NCBI RefSeq assembly: GCF_009914755.1
Contig: NC_060947.1
DNA from: the human T2T-CHM13v2.0 reference genome, Homo sapiens
Strand: one strand, 5' to 3'
DNA: 64,000 nucleotides
Shown: positions 61,635 to 64,000 of the stretch, one piece after another
How the letters are laid out: the number at the start of each line of letters is the position of its first letter
Numbering within the stretch: the stretch's first letter is position 1
Made by a program: the position numbers and the translations under genes
The notes under the pieces: model-generated
What the model was told of the DNA's origin: nothing
Databases searched by the model: none
The model's input: only the letters and a program-made list of their open reading frames with translations

Positions 61635-62096
61635 AAGGCAGATTTTTTTACAAAATGGCTATAATAATTTCCCTCCCTGTGTCTACACCCTTGGGTAATA
61701 GCTTCCTCTTACATTGACTGTAAACTTGACCATGTGACTTGTCCTGGTCAATGGGACAATGGCAAATGCAGCAAAACTAGAGGCTTAAAAACTGCTTGCA
61801 TATTGAAGCTAGCTCTCTCCTGCTACTCTTGGGATGCTGTGACCACTACTATGTGACTAAGACCAGGCTAACCTATTGAGTGATAAGAGACACATGGCCC
61901 AGTTATCTCAACCACCAGGTGAGGCCATGCAAACACATGAGGGTGTCCAGCCACTGCCATGTGGAACAGAGACGATCCATCCCAGATGAGCCCAGACCAA
62001 ATAGTTGAACCAAAGAATCGTGAACAAATAAATAGCTGTCATTTTAAGCTACTACATCTTGGGGTAGTTTGTTACACAGCAAAAGTTATGGCTGCT
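61635..62096 (+). mobile_element. MLT1G/H-like MaLR LTR
   Basis: gaccatgtgacttgtcctggtcaatggga...aataaatagctgtcattttaagctacta...ggggtagtttgttacacagca. Confidence 0.78.
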
Positions 62097-62774
62097 AAGA
62101 AGGATCCTTGATCTAGTCTGGAACTTCCTGGAAGAAGGGACATGAGGAAGCAGCACCTGAACTAAATTTTTTTGAAAATAGATGAAGTTTTTATTTGGAC
62201 ACAAATTCTTACCACCACCATGTTTTAAATAAAATGACTGATATTAACTTTAGTGTCCTTGGAACAAGTCTATAATAAGAATATAGGATAAGAATATAAG
62301 AATATCGCCATTTAGTCTGGTGATGTTCTTTCTAATTTTGAAACCACTCTTAAAATTTACCATTTCTTCCAGGAAGCTTTCTCAAATTCTTTGGAAAAGT
62401 TTCCTCATAGCTTTCCATAAGAAGAAGCCTCAATTAGGCAATTGTTATGTGCCTACCTCTCTTTATAAAATATCTCTCATGGCCCAGGAAGGAGCAGGAT
62501 GCTGATGATAAACACACCAATTTGAGCACTCACTAACAATTGGGCAAGTTTCCATTTTTGTACATATCCTTATACTAAATATGCTCATTTCATGAGACAG
62601 AATTATGTGTTTGTATACATGCATGATAATGTAGTCATTTATGTAAAGGGTATTATGTTTATGAATTAAACATAGATATAGTATGGTAATGTTTATGTAA
62701 AGGGCATTATGTTTATGAATTAAAATAAACATATATATAGCATAATAAGGAATATTAGAAAGCTTTCAGCTGAT

Positions 62775-63394
62775 GCAGTAATTTTCTGTTGCTGTATAAT
62801 AAACTTTGCTACTTAAAATACCCATTTATTAGCTTGTAATTCTGTAAGTCAAAAGCCTGGCTTAGCATGACTGGGTTCTCTGCCCAGGGTCTTATAAGGC
62901 TGAAATCAAAGTGTCAGCTGGGATGAGGTTTTCTTTGGAGGTTCTGAAGAAAAATATGTTTCCAAGTTCATTTTTGTTGCTGGCAGAATTCAGCTCCTTG
63001 CAGCAGTAGAGATGAGGCCCCCGTTCCTTGCTGCTGGCTGTTAGCCAGGGGCTGCTCTTAGTTTCTAGAGGCTGTACACATTTCTTTACACGACTGTACA
63101 CATTTCATTACACGTGGTGCCTTCCATTTTCAAGTCAGAAACAGCACATTAGTTCCTTCGTATATTTCAAATCTTTGACTTCCTCTATACCCAGATTTAA
63201 AGGGCTTGTTAATTAGATCGGACACACCTAATAATCTCTGTGTTTTAAGGTCAACTAATTTGGGATCTTAATTATATCTGTAAAACCCCTCCATAACAGT
63301 CTCTAGATCAGTGTTTGATGGAATAACTAGCAGGATTATGCACAGCCAGGACTGGAACTCTTGGGGTCTTGGGATTTAGAATTCTCCCTACCAC
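62775..63394 (-). mobile_element. MLT1E-like MaLR LTR
   Basis: ctgggttctctgcccagggtcttataaggctgaaatcaaagtgtcagctggg...ttagaattctccctaccaca. Confidence 0.8.
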
Positions 63395-63493
63395 ACCTTT
63401 GTACTGGAATATTCTTTGGATAGTCTCCCTGATTCCATTTTGCCTTCTATATTGTATTTTCAACACAACAGCCAGAAAAGTCCTATTTAGCAC

Positions 63494-63573
63494 CTCCCTG
63501 TTGAACATCTTCCCGTAGCTCCCTGTTGAACATCTTCCCATAGCTCCCTGTTGAACATCTTCCCATAGCTCCC
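63494..63573 (+). repeat. 25-bp minisatellite, 3.2 copies, inside an L2 (about 63420-64000)
   Basis: ctccctgttgaacatcttcccRtag three times. Confidence 0.95.
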
Positions 63574-64000
63574 CATCCCACTCAGAGCAAAAGCCAGTGT
63601 CCTCACTATGGTGAACAATTCATAATCTATCCCCTATTTCCTCTTGATCTCATATCCCACTAACCTACCCCCTAGCTCACTGCTTCAGGCACACTGACCT
63701 TCTTGCTGTTTCCCAAATATAGAGGGCATGTGCTCTGGGCCCCTGCAATGATTGTTTTCTGTGACTGGAATGTTCTGCCCTCAGATAGCCACTTGACTAC
63801 CTTCTCTAAATCCTTATTCAAATCTTATCTTCTCAGCAAAGCCTGGTCATTACCACTCTGACCTAGGCTCTCATCAATACCCTGACCTGATTCAACTTTC
63901 TAATTTTTTTTTTGTTTCCCCGCAGTACTTTATTACCTTATAGCAACACTATCATTTATATCAAACTCTATTATGGATTATGTTTATTGTATATTATCTG

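Noticed and set aside
63494-63573. CRISPR-like repeat array
   Set aside because: Units are contiguous with no spacers, in a mammalian intron with no cas genes.

Overview
Primate (almost certainly human, Xp22.2) genomic DNA covering the middle of the glycine receptor alpha-2 gene GLRA2 on the + strand. It holds the duplicated, mutually exclusive 68-nt exons 3A and 3B, then exons 4, 5, 6 and 7, all with GT-AG sites and compatible phases. These encode the extracellular domain, the Cys loop, TM1 and TM2. The other ~98% is intronic and rich in repeats: about 15 Alus, an ~8 kb near-full-length ancient L1 with nested LTRs and Alus, several truncated or twin-primed L1s, MaLR/ERVL solo LTRs, MER/MADE1 DNA transposon relics, MIR/L2 fragments and microsatellites. 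Nearly all ORFs in the supplied track are chance or repeat-derived. I see no new self-contained biological system. The most interesting items are the exon 3A/3B switch architecture, a strong decoy acceptor before exon 4, an unexplained dispersed duplication in intron 7, and several unusual retrotransposition or repair scars. Repeat subfamily names are from recalled consensus sequences and need RepeatMasker/Dfam confirmation; most repeat boundaries are approximate.
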